64,000 nucleotides of DNA from Trypanosoma brucei (taxonomy: Eukaryota). Under the pieces are notes generated by a model. The model saw only the letters and a program-made list of their open reading frames with translations, was not told where the DNA came from and did not search any database. The number at the start of each line of letters is the position of its first letter. The stretch's first letter is position 1. Where the stretch lies: assembly GCA_000002445.1 (NCBI GenBank), contig CP000069.1, positions 288,001 to 352,000 of the forward strand. The letters run 5' to 3'. The translations under genes and the position numbers were made by a program. Positions 1 through 11,468 of this stretch are shown piece by piece.

Positions 1-3000
1 TGTGTGAGTGGGTGTGATTTATTTGTTTGTTTATTTATTTGTTTACTTCTGATGAACTAAAACAACTGAATGACGGTGGAGAGGAGGAGGAGGAGGAGGA
101 GAGGAGGGGGGAAACACAACAGAAGAAATTAAATGCGTATGGGAACGCACAACAACTTGCATAAATTGTACATCAACTCTCAGTAATAATAACAATTGGA
201 GGAAAGAACAAAGAAAAAAGAAAAAAAAAGCGAAAAAAACTGAAACGAAAACACGAACTTCCGGCAGACGCATCAATGCAAATAATCACATGGGACCCAC
301 CAAATCACTCGTGTAAAAAGTTGGAGAAAACAACGACAAAACAACCAAGTGGAAGATAATACTGGGAAGAAAGAATAACAAACACAAAAACACACACAAG
401 CGAATATAAATAAATAAATAAAATCGGTTGTACACTCTCAGATCTTACTTTTCTTTCTTTTCTTTTCCCCCTCTTGAGTATTTGTCCTCCTCTTGATTCT
501 AAACAACTTTTATTTTATTTTATTTTATTGCGTTGCTCGATTTTGCTCCCCTACTTTCCGTTTCATCTTTTTTTTCTTTCCTTTTTTTTTTTGTAGGGGG
601 ATTACACCCCTTTCGTGTCGCTCAGGCACTCTTTTTTTTTTTTTCCATTAATCGTTATTACTACCAATACCACCAATTCTTTTTTACTCATTTATTCAAC
701 AAATTGTGGTGTCATTCTCATTCTCATTCTCATTCCTTTACTTTTACTTTATTTTTATTTTTCTCGCTTTCTCTTCTGTTCATCCCTTTTCACACACTTT
801 CATGTTCACTTTATTTATAATTGTCTTTCCATACTTAAAAGATAAAAACAAACAAACAATCAATCATCAACAACAAACTCAGTCTTACTCGTTATTTATT
901 TATTTATTTCATTCCGTTTTGCTTTGGAATCACATCCCCTCTGTACGGTCAAGTATTTTTTTTTCAAATATATATATATATATTTTAAAATATATTTCTT
1001 TTTTTCTTTGTTTCCTTTCCCCTTCTCTTACTAATTGACTGATTAATTTATTCATCATTTTACTTCATTGGCTTTGGTTTCCCTCCTTGTGCGTATTTAT
1101 TTGCGTTCAGTGCCATTAACAGGACCGCAGGCGTTTTTCTTTTCTTTTTCTTTTTTTTTTTTATTCCACCTCTTCTTTTCTTTCATTTGAGTTAAAAAAT
1201 CTCATACAAAGAAAGTTAAAGTATTATTATTATCATTATCATTTTAACGAAAGCAAATAAAACACAAACACACACACACACACAAAAAGACAGAAAAAAA
1301 ATCAACGAAGAAAGAAAAAAAAACAGCACCAACTAAAGATTTAGAAAAAAAAAAGAAGGTTAAATATATACATAAATATAAGTGATGAACATATAAAAAA
1401 AAGCGCATGAATAAGCGGGTCAAATTAAAGGGAAGGGAAGTAGAAAGTAACAAGAAGGAGAGAGAGAGAAAAAGGAAAAAAAAAAGGAAGTGCTACAAGA
1501 CTAAAGAAAATATTTTTTCTTTACAAAAAAAAAGATTTAAAAAAAGGTAAAAAGAACAACATCGTGAGAAGGAAGGTTTTCTTTTCCTTTTAACTTAAAA
1601 TAATAATAATAACAATAATAACAATTATTATTTAGTATTTTTTCCCCTCTAACATATATATATATATATATATTCTTTATTTTCTTTTTTTTCTTTATAC
1701 ATAGGTATTCTCATTCTTCTAATCTTTCCTCCCTTCACGTACACACACACACACACAACAAAACAAAACAAAAAGAACAATAAAATATCAGAAGTAATAA
1801 ACGGATGCCAACGCATCAAAGCAGTAAACAAGGAAAAAAAAATGAGAGAGAAGACGGAAAACACCGTGAATGAAATAAAACAATACACACATGGCAATTC
1901 AAAGAAATAATGATAGTAATATTAAATTTTTCTTTTTTTTCTTTAAAAAAAAAACGGCAATGGCAACAACAACAACAACAACAAAAGATCAAATGCATGA
2001 GTGAGCACACATGAAGCGGGAAACACACACACACACACCCCATAGGAACACACATATGCATAAAAATGAAAACAAAACAAAAGCAAAAACAAAACGAAAC
2101 AACAAAACAAAACAAAAAAAAGGAAAAGGAAAGGAAAAAAAAAGGGAAAAGGAAGAGGGGCGCGCCACCGCAGAGAGTGATGAGGCGCTCAGGAGAAATA
2201 TTAATAAATAAGAAAGAACCAAACACCAACCCCAAAAAAAACCCTAATTTTTATATATTTAAAGAAATATAAACCGGAACAAACAATTTAAAAGGAAGAG
2301 AAAAAGAAAAAGGAAAATTTGGACGAATGAGTGTGGAAGGACTTGCGCTGCTTTTGCATGCCTCTTCCAATACAAACACCCCAACGCACAAATACACACA
2401 CATATTAATATTAATATTAATATATATATATTCTTTCCTGAAGATGCCCCCCCCCAAACAACCCCAATTCTCCTCCCTTCCTCCTTTTTTTCCTTTTGAT
2501 CTTCCAATCAACAAAGGCACACAAAAACAGCAGATATAAACACAAAAATATAAAAGAAAACACAAACATATGTGCGAAAATATTGGACACATATAATGAT
2601 ATATTTCCTTCATTTTTCTTGTTGAAATATTCGTGTCTGTTTAGCCCCGTTTTTTAATTCATTCTCTTTTTAACACCATTCATTACTTTTATTACTATTA
2701 TCAGGTCGCCATCTATTTTCTTTTTTATTTTCTGCTTCTGTTTTTCCTCCTTCTGTGAATTATTGAAAAAGTTAGTGGATTAAAAAGAAAAAAATTAGAA
2801 ACTTTAATACCAACAAAAGCAGGCGTAATAATCACAAACACACAAACACACGCAGTTACATGTACATATATATATATGAAACGTAACAAATGGAAGGAAC
2901 AAAACAAATGAACACAAAACATCAGACATCGAAACCAAAACAAAACAATAAAAACAAGAAAACTATCTAAAAAAAAGAAAAGGAATAAAAGGAGTGATGT

Positions 3001-3830
3001 GTTCGGTGTCGCATAACGACGAATGGAGGGGGGAAATATACGGCCGGGATGAGAGAATAGCAATAAATGAAAAAAAAAAACAATTGAAAAGAGAAAAAAG
3101 AAAAAAACAGGCCGTAAGCACATTACTTGTCTTTGTTGGAGGAAAAAAAAGCAAAAAAAAAGAGATGGAAGTTGGGAAAGAGAAAAAAAATTCTCACCAT
3201 CGGAGTGGTGGAGCATGTTCGTTTTTTCTTTCCTGCTGATTTAACTTGATTTGTTTCCCCCTCCTTTGGTTTGTCCTGTTTCATCCTAAAATCTCATAAA
3301 CATATTTATGTATACACTTATATATATATATATATATACGCGTGCGCATGCGTGTGTTTGTGTTTTACTCTATTCATTCATTTTGCTTTTTGTTTGTTTT
3401 TGGTTTTGGTTTTTCACCATACATCATGATCACACCAGTTGTTTGTTTGTTTACTTTTTTATTATTTTTCATTCCTTTCTGTTATTTTGCTTGTTTGCTC
3501 CTCTTTTACTACTGCCGTAGCATCACTTAGCCTTCACTGTATTGCTTTCTACTGTACACTTCTCGTCTCTTCTACTCCATTCTTCCTCTCTCTCTCTCTC
3601 TCTCTTTTCCTTCATCTTTGCGTATCCCAAGCTTACAGAAGTAGGCCACGACAGTAATAATAATAATAATAATAGTAAACAAAACTTGAGGTTAAAAGGA
3701 GCAGCGTATCTCATTTCTTCGGTTCCTTTCCCTCTGGCGCCTCCACCTTCCTTTTATTATTCATTCCTCATATTTCGTAGAAATCGCATAGCACTTAAAC
3801 GAACAGACGCATGGTACTCAATCCAAGTCA
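1..3830. repeat. Low-complexity, microsatellite-rich region with no credible ORF. It includes (GGA)n 78-111, (CA)n 1268-1284, (TA)n 1654-1673, (CAA)n 1964-1985, (TA)n 3318-3338, (TC)n 3585-3606 and (TAA)n 3654-3675.
   Basis: I read the sequence directly. ORFs in this stretch translate to poly-F/L/K low-complexity peptides on both strands. This is typical trypanosomatid intergenic or UTR DNA. Confidence 0.8.
2237..3315 (-). repeat. Left copy of a roughly 1.1-kb inverted duplication. Its partner is at 26135-27232.
   Basis: The reverse complement of 26135-27232 aligns to 2237-3315 at roughly 90-95% identity, with homopolymer indels. One checked block is rc(26535-26596) against 2878-2940, which match with only 2-3 mismatches in 62 nt. 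The ORF pairs 2251..2613(-) / 26857..27054(+) and 2725..3216(-) / 26246..26734(+) encode the same peptides. Confidence 0.85.
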
Positions 3831-3831
3831 T

Positions 3832-4581
3832 TTAACAGAAGAGATACGACTCCTTTGGAACTGCAGGGCTCAATGGGCGTTCATATCCCGGACCCGCCTG
3901 TCGTGAGCGACGCGCTCCGTTCCGCTGAAAAGCCAAAGCGGCCTCCACATCAATGACAGAATCGCCACTACTGCTTTTAGAACAGTGTCCCTCATCTTCA
4001 CCAGCGCGGCACGATGCTTCCACACAATCCTCAAGGGGATTTTGTCCACTTGTTGGAGCTGAGAATCCCCACAGCGGTGGTTCACTAATGGAAAAGAACT
4101 CCATCATGGCTTCTTCATCGGGGTCAATGCGGTGGGGACGCTCGCGGAATGTAAGCAAAGACGATGGGATATGGGCAGGTGGTGAGGGCTTCCGTACCGT
4201 CATCTTTCCAACAGAAGACCGCCGCAATTCATATGAAGGCGAGGGGACAACACTTAAACTGCCTGCATGACGCTCACACATCTGGTCTGGAGGAACTCCT
4301 GGGCAATGCGGTAGCCGAATGGGCGATAGCGACGGGCAGCTGTTGCGGGCGGCATCATCATCCCTGGAAACATTGGCGTAACGACGAAGTGGATGCTCGC
4401 CACTTGTTGGCAAGCGCTCCAACCATCTTCTGCATCCGTGAGTTTCAACCGTCCTCACCGATGTGGGCGCCTCGGTGTTGCTGTGATGAGTGGCATTTTG
4501 CATGCGCGCTGCATCACCCTTTACGATATCCGGCCCGAAGTGGTCGTGGTGAGCTGCACACTTTGACTCGATACAGTTCAT
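3832..4581 (-). CDS. Hypothetical Ser/Pro/Arg-rich protein. The start is probably the internal Met at 4581. The longest ORF reaches 4677 but begins in a poly-T-derived Lys run.
   Basis: This is a GC-rich ORF island of about 58% GC sitting inside AT-rich simple sequence. It lies on the same strand as the downstream PTU. I recognise no domain. The overlapping plus-strand ORFs are what one expects in GC-rich DNA. Confidence 0.4.
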   Translation of the reverse strand: MNCIESKCAAHHDHFGPDIVKGDAARMQNATHHSNTEAPTSVRTVETHGCRRWLERLPTSGEHPLRRYANVSRDDDAARNSCPSLSPIRLPHCPGVPPDQMCERHAGSLSVVPSPSYELRRSSVGKMTVRKPSPPAHIPSSLLTFRERPHRIDPDEEAMMEFFSISEPPLWGFSAPTSGQNPLEDCVEASCRAGEDEGHCSKSSSGDSVIDVEAALAFQRNGARRSRQAGPGYERPLSPAVPKESYLFC

Positions 4582-5741
4582 AACTACTGCAATACTATTT
4601 TCTTTCTTTACACTGTGTTTTTTTTCCCCCTTTCGTGAAGCCTGCTTCTTTTTTTTTTTTTTGGGGAGCAACAGCACGTTACTGGATGTGTGAATGTACC
4701 CAGGTGTTCTCTGTTTTATTTGTTTTTAATATCAGCGAGGAGATGCAGGTGTTAGCGACCTTTCAGAATTTTTTTTACAAAAAAAAAAGCTTCCCCCGTG
4801 GCTGCTGAATGACAAGCAAAAGAAAGAAAAAAAGAAAAGAAAGCAGTTGGGACAAGCGACACTCGTCTTCTTTTCACCAGAAAACGCAAACTTCGACTAA
4901 ACGTAATGAGAATGAGTAGTCCAAGTCTAAATAAGCTGCTTTTTCCCCCTTTTTGTTGGTGTTGATTCGGTTCTCTTCCACCAGTGGAATGGACGTAACG
5001 CCGAAAATGGTCGGATTCACTGATAAAGCACCAGCCGTGTGTTCTCACGGAAACTTTTAACAAAAAAAAAATGGTGTTTCAGATTTATTAATTCACTTTA
5101 CCTCGATTATTTTCCTTTCCTTCCAACTTTTTTTTGTTTTTCTTCCTTTCCTTTCCCTCCCAGTGTTCGTTTTTCTCCCAGCTCACCTCATTCCTCCCTC
5201 ACTATTTTTGACAATCAATTCTTTCTTTTCTTCTTTCCTCGCTGTCAAAAATAATTAAGCTGCGAAAAGAAGGAAAAGAAAAAAAAGAAGAATAGTTCCC
5301 CTCAACTCCTGTATCATCCTCAATTACGTCAGAGGAGTGTGTGCGCAACAAAGTGGGAAACAAAGAGGGAAAGGAGAAAAGTGTCATGTAACGTCTGAAT
5401 GCGCTGCACCCCTAATATATATATATATATACGTTTATGTATAATATTTTCAGTTCCCTCTGTGTGTGTGTGTGTGTGCGTCTTGTTCCCCCATCCTCTT
5501 CGTCTTGTCGGTGTCATAACCATTTACAACTTCAAACGTACTTTGCTTCCCCCTTCCCCCGCCCTTCACAAAGACAGGGACAAAAAGAAACACCCTATAA
5601 GGAGCAAACGTAACCAAAATAACACACACCTAAAACAAATAATGAAAGAAAATAGTGATGAGAATGAGATACGGGGCAACTTAAGGTTTAGGTAAGCTGA
5701 GGAGAGGGGGAAAAAAGAAAAAAGAGGAAAATACAAAGGGT

Positions 5742-8642
5742 TCAGTTCAAAAGCACTGCCATCATTTTGGCTGCTTCCACTTCCGCCTTTTGCAAGACTT
5801 GTGTAGTATTGGCAGCGGGGAACCCCGACTGGGCTGCCGACGGCTTTCCACCCCCTTTCCCTACGGCTGTTTTGGCCCAACTGACTGCGTCCAGCTTCTT
5901 AGCAACGAAGGCGGGGGGAAGAGAAACAAGTGCAAGTGCCTTACTTTCATCACTCCCCACAAGAAAAAGCCCCACATCTCCCGAGACTGCCTTGGAGAAT
6001 CCGTCTGCATACGCTTGCAATGCCTCGCGGTCGGCGCCGGTGTCAGTGAGATGCCGCACCAACAGCGGCCCCGCAGACGCATCATACGCCTCCGCCGCGG
6101 CACGGCCAGCTTCCGTTGCCTTCTCTTTCATCTGCGCCGCCTGTGCCTTGAGAGCTCCGAGGACATTTTTGATGCTCCCGTCAATTTCTTCCCGCAGTGT
6201 GTTCTTGACGACGAGGGGAATCGCGCTGTCACCCACTTTCTTGTTCAGCACTGACAGACTTTTCGCCACGGCATCGGAGGCGGGGCGAGACATGATTTCC
6301 CGGTACTCCTGCTGAAGTGCTTTACCACCCTCTTGTGCCTTACGGGCGGCGTCACGTGTTGCGACGACCATCCGCCGAATACCTTTCATAAGGGATTCCT
6401 CAGAAAGAATAACAGCCAACTGCGCATCTTGCGTGTTGGAGAGGTGCGTCCCACCGCAGAACTCGGTGGAGTACGCCCTCCACTCTTCGCTCTCTGGCTC
6501 TGCGATAAGTTTTTCAACTGGGACCCCGACAGATATAACGCTGACGGGGTCCGGGTACTTCTCCCCAAACATGTGTCTCAGGCCTGCGATCCGGCTGGCA
6601 GCATCCAATGCGATTTCTTTGCGATATACCTCTAATCCTTGTTGGATTATTTGATTGATAAGCTTCTCAACCTTGATGAGATCCTCCAGGCTAACCTTGT
6701 TATTGTAGCTGAAATCAAACCGCAGCATTTCAGGTGTGACGAGCGACCCCTTTTGGTTCACCTCCATGAAGTTATCCTTGGCCTCCTCCTCCAGAACACG
6801 GCGCAAACACCAGTTAAGAATGTGCGTGGAGGTGTGGTTCGCGGCGATAGGTAGGCGCCGCTCGTAGTCCACTTGCAACTCCACTGACGCCGTGACGGGA
6901 ATGGGTGCAGCTGCCCCATCCTCCACTGACCTCATACCACCCACGTGCACGATGTATCCCCCTACATTGTACACCTTCCTCACATCAAATATAGCGTCCG
7001 GTGCGGCGACAATGCAGCCCGTGTCATATATTTGGCCACCAGCCTCGGCGTAAAAGTTTGTAACATCAAGTATAATACCGATATCCTCGGGGCCCATTTC
7101 AGAATCAGGAAGAAGCACGTCCACGAAGCTGCCACTTTTCTTGTCGAAAATGGCTTTCACCTCCGCCACATGCTTTTTCCACGTGTATTTGGCCGAATCA
7201 TCCGTTGGGGAGACACCGCCAGCCTTAAGCTCTTCTAACTGGTGCACGTCAATGAAGGTCTTTGCCGCCGCCACGCGACCAGAGCTCAATTGGCTAGCCT
7301 TCATCGTGGCGTGAAAACCTTCAAGGTCGACACTCATGTTGGCCTTCTCCGCAAGAAGGCTGGTTAGGTCAACTGGAAAACCGTAGCGGTCGTGCAGTAT
7401 AAAGGCATTTTCACCGCTGATGACATTGTTAACTGCCTCTGCCACAGCCTTGTTAAAGTGCTTTAGTCCAGTTTCCCATGTCCTAGCGAAGGATGTTTCT
7501 TCATCTGCCAGCACGCCTTTGATACGCTGCACCGTTCGCGGCTCTTGTATGTGTTTGAAGAACGGCCCAAGGGACGAGACGACCGAATCCACGAGTTGAT
7601 GGAAGAACCCCACTTTCGCGCCAAGAAACTGAACTCCATAACGCACGGCACGCCGGATGATGCGACGCAACACAAAGCCCCTTCCGACTGAGTCCGGCAT
7701 GGCACCATCTGCAAGAGCCACTGTGAGGCAGCGGATATGGTCTGCCACGGCCCGGTAGGCCACTGTGGCGTCGCACGTATCGTGGCGTACCTCCGCATAG
7801 GACTTCTCAAACCCAGTTACTTTCTGGATGGTGTCAAACAGAGGTGTCCACGCGTCTGTGTCATAATTCGAGTCTGCGCCTTGCAGTATAGATGTAAGCC
7901 TCTCTAGCCCCATCCCAGTATCCACGTGCATCTTAGGAAGTGGAACAATAACACCACCCGCGCGACGCTCGAACTGCATGAAAACAAGGTTCCAAACTTC
8001 GAGAACCATGGGATCGTCTTTGTTCACCAAGTCGGCTGCATCTCGGCCTCCAATTCGGTCAAAATGGATCTCCGAGCACGGCCCGCATGGACCCACGTCC
8101 CCCATTTCCCAGAAGTTGTCCTTCGCATTTCCAGCGATGACGCGGCTGGCTGGAAGCAACTGCAGCCACAACTGTTTAGACTCTTCGTCAGCCTCTATGC
8201 CATTCGCGGGATCACCTTCGAAGTACGTCGCGTAAAGGCGATCTTTGGGAAGTTTGTACACCTCAGTGAGAAGTTCCCACGACCACAGTATTGCCTCCCG
8301 CTTAAAGTAATCACCAAAGGACCACGAGCCCAACATCTCAAAAAAGGTGTGGTGGTACGTGTCGCGGCCCACGTCGTCCAAGTCGTTGTGCTTTCCACCT
8401 GCACGGATACACAGTTGCGAGTTGACAGCACGGGTGAGGCGACCAAAGTCTGTGTTGGGGTCTGCGGTACCAAGAAAAAGGTTCTTAAACTGGTTCATTC
8501 CCGCGTTGGTGAACAGTAACGTGGGGTCGTTGTGGGGGACCACCGCGCTGGATGGGACAAAAGTGTGACCCCGCTGCTCAAAAAAACTGACAAACTCCTG
8601 CCGCACCCGATTAACAGGCCATTCAGTCACCGCTTTTGTCAT
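5742..8642 (-). CDS. Alanyl-tRNA synthetase, class II. The start is likely Met at 8642, with 8765 as the longest ORF.
   Basis: The AlaRS motifs are present: HNDPTLLFTNAGMNQFK, WEMGDVGPCGPCSEIHFD, the editing-domain HTSTH and a C-terminal GGGKPSAAQSG. The length of about 967 aa fits. Confidence 0.95.
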   Translation of the reverse strand: MTKAVTEWPVNRVRQEFVSFFEQRGHTFVPSSAVVPHNDPTLLFTNAGMNQFKNLFLGTADPNTDFGRLTRAVNSQLCIRAGGKHNDLDDVGRDTYHHTFFEMLGSWSFGDYFKREAILWSWELLTEVYKLPKDRLYATYFEGDPANGIEADEESKQLWLQLLPASRVIAGNAKDNFWEMGDVGPCGPCSEIHFDRIGGRDAADLVNKDDPMVLEVWNLVFMQFERRAGGVIVPLPKMHVDTGMGLERLTSILQGADSNYDTDAWTPLFDTIQKVTGFEKSYAEVRHDTCDATVAYRAVADHIRCLTVALADGAMPDSVGRGFVLRRIIRRAVRYGVQFLGAKVGFFHQLVDSVVSSLGPFFKHIQEPRTVQRIKGVLADEETSFARTWETGLKHFNKAVAEAVNNVISGENAFILHDRYGFPVDLTSLLAEKANMSVDLEGFHATMKASQLSSGRVAAAKTFIDVHQLEELKAGGVSPTDDSAKYTWKKHVAEVKAIFDKKSGSFVDVLLPDSEMGPEDIGIILDVTNFYAEAGGQIYDTGCIVAAPDAIFDVRKVYNVGGYIVHVGGMRSVEDGAAAPIPVTASVELQVDYERRLPIAANHTSTHILNWCLRRVLEEEAKDNFMEVNQKGSLVTPEMLRFDFSYNNKVSLEDLIKVEKLINQIIQQGLEVYRKEIALDAASRIAGLRHMFGEKYPDPVSVISVGVPVEKLIAEPESEEWRAYSTEFCGGTHLSNTQDAQLAVILSEESLMKGIRRMVVATRDAARKAQEGGKALQQEYREIMSRPASDAVAKSLSVLNKKVGDSAIPLVVKNTLREEIDGSIKNVLGALKAQAAQMKEKATEAGRAAAEAYDASAGPLLVRHLTDTGADREALQAYADGFSKAVSGDVGLFLVGSDESKALALVSLPPAFVAKKLDAVSWAKTAVGKGGGKPSAAQSGFPAANTTQVLQKAEVEAAKMMAVLLN

Positions 8643-9016
8643 CCGTGTTAGTAATGTCAATTCTCGGTGCAACGTTGCGGTGCTTGGAATACCAACTTGA
8701 AATAAAAAAGAAAGAAGGAAAGAAGGCAGAACGAACGAAGTAAATAGGAAGCGGAAATAAAGCAAGAACGACCAGTTAGAGGAGGAGCAAAGGCCACTAA
8801 ACGCTTGCCAATGAACCTACATACTTCACTGCTTCCTAGCGCTGTAGAGGGCAATCAAACTGGGGAAGATGGTTGGGGAGGCAACTGCTGGCGAAAAGGA
8901 AGAATCAAATGGCGCTGAAGGCTAGACAAAGACGCCTCTCCTCAACCCCCAAAATTTTGACTCCCTTCTGCTTTTTCCAACTGAAGGAGCCCACCCCGGT
9001 CCAATTCTCCCCTAAG

Positions 9017-9057
<41 letters not shown>
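9017..9057. repeat. Compound microsatellite (CA)n(TA)n in the short spacer between the AlaRS and DPCK genes.
   Basis: Sequence at this position reads cacacacacacacacatatatatatatatatatata. Confidence 0.9.
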
Positions 9058-9087
9058 CATGCATACATGTATTGCTGTGCACTCATC

Positions 9088-9813
9088 TTAGAATACGATG
9101 CGGAGGCAACAGTAAACAACCACAGCACCTAAACTAACACCAACGGCCAATGCGCCCGACAGAGCAAATGCCACCCGCCCACCTGACTGTTGTTGCATCC
9201 AAGCAACCGTGTCGGCTACGGAGTGTTCCAATTCACTAAGGCTCTCCTCGTTATGTATCACACGATCGGCACGTTTGCACTTTTCCGATATGGGCATCTG
9301 TGCATTTATCCTTTGCAGTGCTTGCTCCCGCGTAAGCCCGTTACGTTTGGCCATTCGCTCAACCTGTTGCTCTTCACTACACGACACAACTACCACCCGG
9401 TCAACGAGCCATGTGTAAATGTTGGATTCATAAAGAAGCGGTACATCGAGGACAACGAGGAGGGGCCCTTGTCCCCTAAGCTGCTGGCGCAAGCTCTGCC
9501 ACCACAGACCAATAACCATCTTCATGGTTGCACGAAAAATGGGAAAATTCATAATTCGTGCGAGGGCACGACGCGCGCTGGGGTCACTGAAAATGATACT
9601 GCCAAGTGCAGCACGGTTAACTTCGCCAGATTGTGGATCAACACAGTTAGGCCAGCGCCTTGCAATCTTCCGTGTGCACGGCATGAATGGGCGTTGTAGC
9701 TCACGCACTACAAGGTCCGAGTCTACGACAACAATGTGATGACTTTCTTTCAGCAGTAATGAAACGGTCGACTTTCCGCACGCGATCCCCCCGGTGAGAC
9801 CGACGAGTAGCAT
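9088..9813 (-). CDS. Dephospho-CoA kinase (CoaE-like) with a C-terminal hydrophobic tail. The start is likely Met at 9813, with 9864 as the longest ORF.
   Basis: It has the P-loop MLLVGLTGGIACGKSTV and the overall CoaE architecture. The C-terminal 28 aa, VAFALSGALAVGVSLGAVVVYCCLRIVF, looks like a transmembrane segment. Confidence 0.85.
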   Translation of the reverse strand: MLLVGLTGGIACGKSTVSLLLKESHHIVVVDSDLVVRELQRPFMPCTRKIARRWPNCVDPQSGEVNRAALGSIIFSDPSARRALARIMNFPIFRATMKMVIGLWWQSLRQQLRGQGPLLVVLDVPLLYESNIYTWLVDRVVVVSCSEEQQVERMAKRNGLTREQALQRINAQMPISEKCKRADRVIHNEESLSELEHSVADTVAWMQQQSGGRVAFALSGALAVGVSLGAVVVYCCLRIVF

Positions 9814-10194
9814 GGCGACCCCCTCGATAGCGCTAGCATGTTTGAAAGGGAAAGCGCAAAGCACCCAAGCATGTGTGCAGCATTTGGTTCCGTGAGTGGT
9901 GGAAGGGATGGAGTAAGAAAACGGAAGAAAACAACAAAGAGGTGAAACAGGTTAGTCATAGCTCAATGCCAAATTAAGTAACATAATGAGGGAGGATTTG
10001 CGGCGGTAAACACACCCTCAGCACCGCACGCCAGTGCGCACAAAGTTAGAATTCGCGCACAACAAACGCATGGAGCGTTGATAGACTTTTTTTTAAAAAA
10101 AAAGAAAAGAGGCTAAAAGTACGAATGAAACTAACGGATGCAGGAAAGGACAGCGACTCATCGGGAACGTCGAGGGGTGTCGCGAGACAACTCT

Positions 10195-10764
10195 CTAATT
10201 CTTACCAGCGGTGGACTTCGCCTTTGTCTTGCCGGAAGCAACCCTGGCCTTGCGTGCAGCACGGGCCTTCTCGACACGCTTTTTGGCAGCTGGCGTGCTG
10301 TCCACTTTCTTAGCGTTCTTGAGAAGCTTCTTAAGTGCAACCTTGTGCCACGAGACGGGGTTCTTTTTGTCGTTTTCGTCGAAGATCTTGCGTGCCCAGT
10401 AGGCGCGAGACCGCTTGGCAACACGCAGTTGGTAGCGCTCGAAATCAGTCGATTCGGCAAAAGCCTTCTTGGCTGCGATGCGGACAGCAGACTTTGTGGC
10501 GGCGTACTTCTCAAGGACCTTCTTCGACTCGAGCGCCTCCTTTAGTGCCTTGGTGCTGCAGTTACGAGAGATGGAGACACAGAACTTCAGAGGCTCGACG
10601 TTCTTTAGGTTTTGCACGTGACGCCACATCTTTTGCTCGCAAGGATTCTCCACTAAGACGCGGTTGGCGTCAACGATGTCGACTATCACACCGACACGGT
10701 TCTGCCTGGGACCGCGAAGGATGCGCACAAGGCGGCCAGCACGGATGTAGTTTGCCTTCACCAT
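10195..10764 (-). CDS. RPL14: 60S ribosomal protein L14 (L14e) with a Lys/Ala-rich C-terminal extension.
   Basis: The N-terminus MVKANYIRAGRLVRILRGPRQNRVGVIVDIVDANRVLVENP is the L14e KOW-like fold signature. The Lys/Ala-rich tail is typical of trypanosomatid L14. Confidence 0.8.
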   Translation of the reverse strand: MVKANYIRAGRLVRILRGPRQNRVGVIVDIVDANRVLVENPCEQKMWRHVQNLKNVEPLKFCVSISRNCSTKALKEALESKKVLEKYAATKSAVRIAAKKAFAESTDFERYQLRVAKRSRAYWARKIFDENDKKNPVSWHKVALKKLLKNAKKVDSTPAAKKRVEKARAARKARVASGKTKAKSTAGKN

Positions 10765-11468
10765 TTCGCGTTGCCGTATGCGGGTGCGCTTTTCCTTGGT
10801 GTCAGAAACCTCTTCCTTTTCCTCTTGTCATCATGGTCAATAAAAGCGGTAGGACATATCATGAAAGAGGGAGTGGGTTGACAGGAGAATGGTTTAAGTT
10901 GTTATCAGGCAACAACTTACAGGGGCGCTCTGTGGGTGGAGTCAGAGATGACATCCACGAGGGAAAGGCAAGTGCATTGCGGGGCCCTAACCGGTTAGTG
11001 CGGGTCGTGAAGTTTTTGCATTGTTCCCCGTTTATTTTTTTTTCCCCCTTTGTTCGATGAACGTGTCCATCACTGTTTCACGAGAAAAGAAAGAAAAATA
11101 TAAGAATTTGCACGGGGTTGCACTTCCACTCTCCAAAAAAAAAACCGACGAGCCAGAATATGATCACAAACCCCGTTCCACAGGTGTATGCAGGCACATA
11201 CACATACACACGCAAAAGAAAAAGCAGCGACACGCTGAAGTACAGCATGTATGAAAGTAGCCCATATCGAATTGGCAAGCGGATGGGGGTGGGGGAGGAG
11301 AGAGCAACGAAACGGGACGGCTGAAATATGTGCAGCAAGAGAAAAAAAAGAACCAAAGTATGCATGGGACGGTAATGCGAGCACGCATTCTCAACATACC
11401 CTTTTGGACACTTTTCCCGTTTCCAAACCTGTCATGCTGTTCTTCCTCAATCCTTTCACCTTCCCCCC

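Noticed and set aside
706-2235. Numerous 60-160 aa ORFs in the simple-sequence deserts, for example 706..1038, 1816..2235, 2725..3216, 57908..58300 and 59562..60092.
   Set aside because: Their translations are poly-F/L/K/C low-complexity on both strands. They are products of pyrimidine/purine microsatellites and are not genes.
10335-11060. A 241-aa plus-strand ORF overlapping the L14 gene in antisense. Similar antisense ORFs lie in the AlaRS gene (5767..6315, 7926..8519).
   Set aside because: They are antisense to well-supported conserved genes and are Arg/Ser/Cys-rich, which is typical of reverse-strand reading of GC-rich coding sequence.
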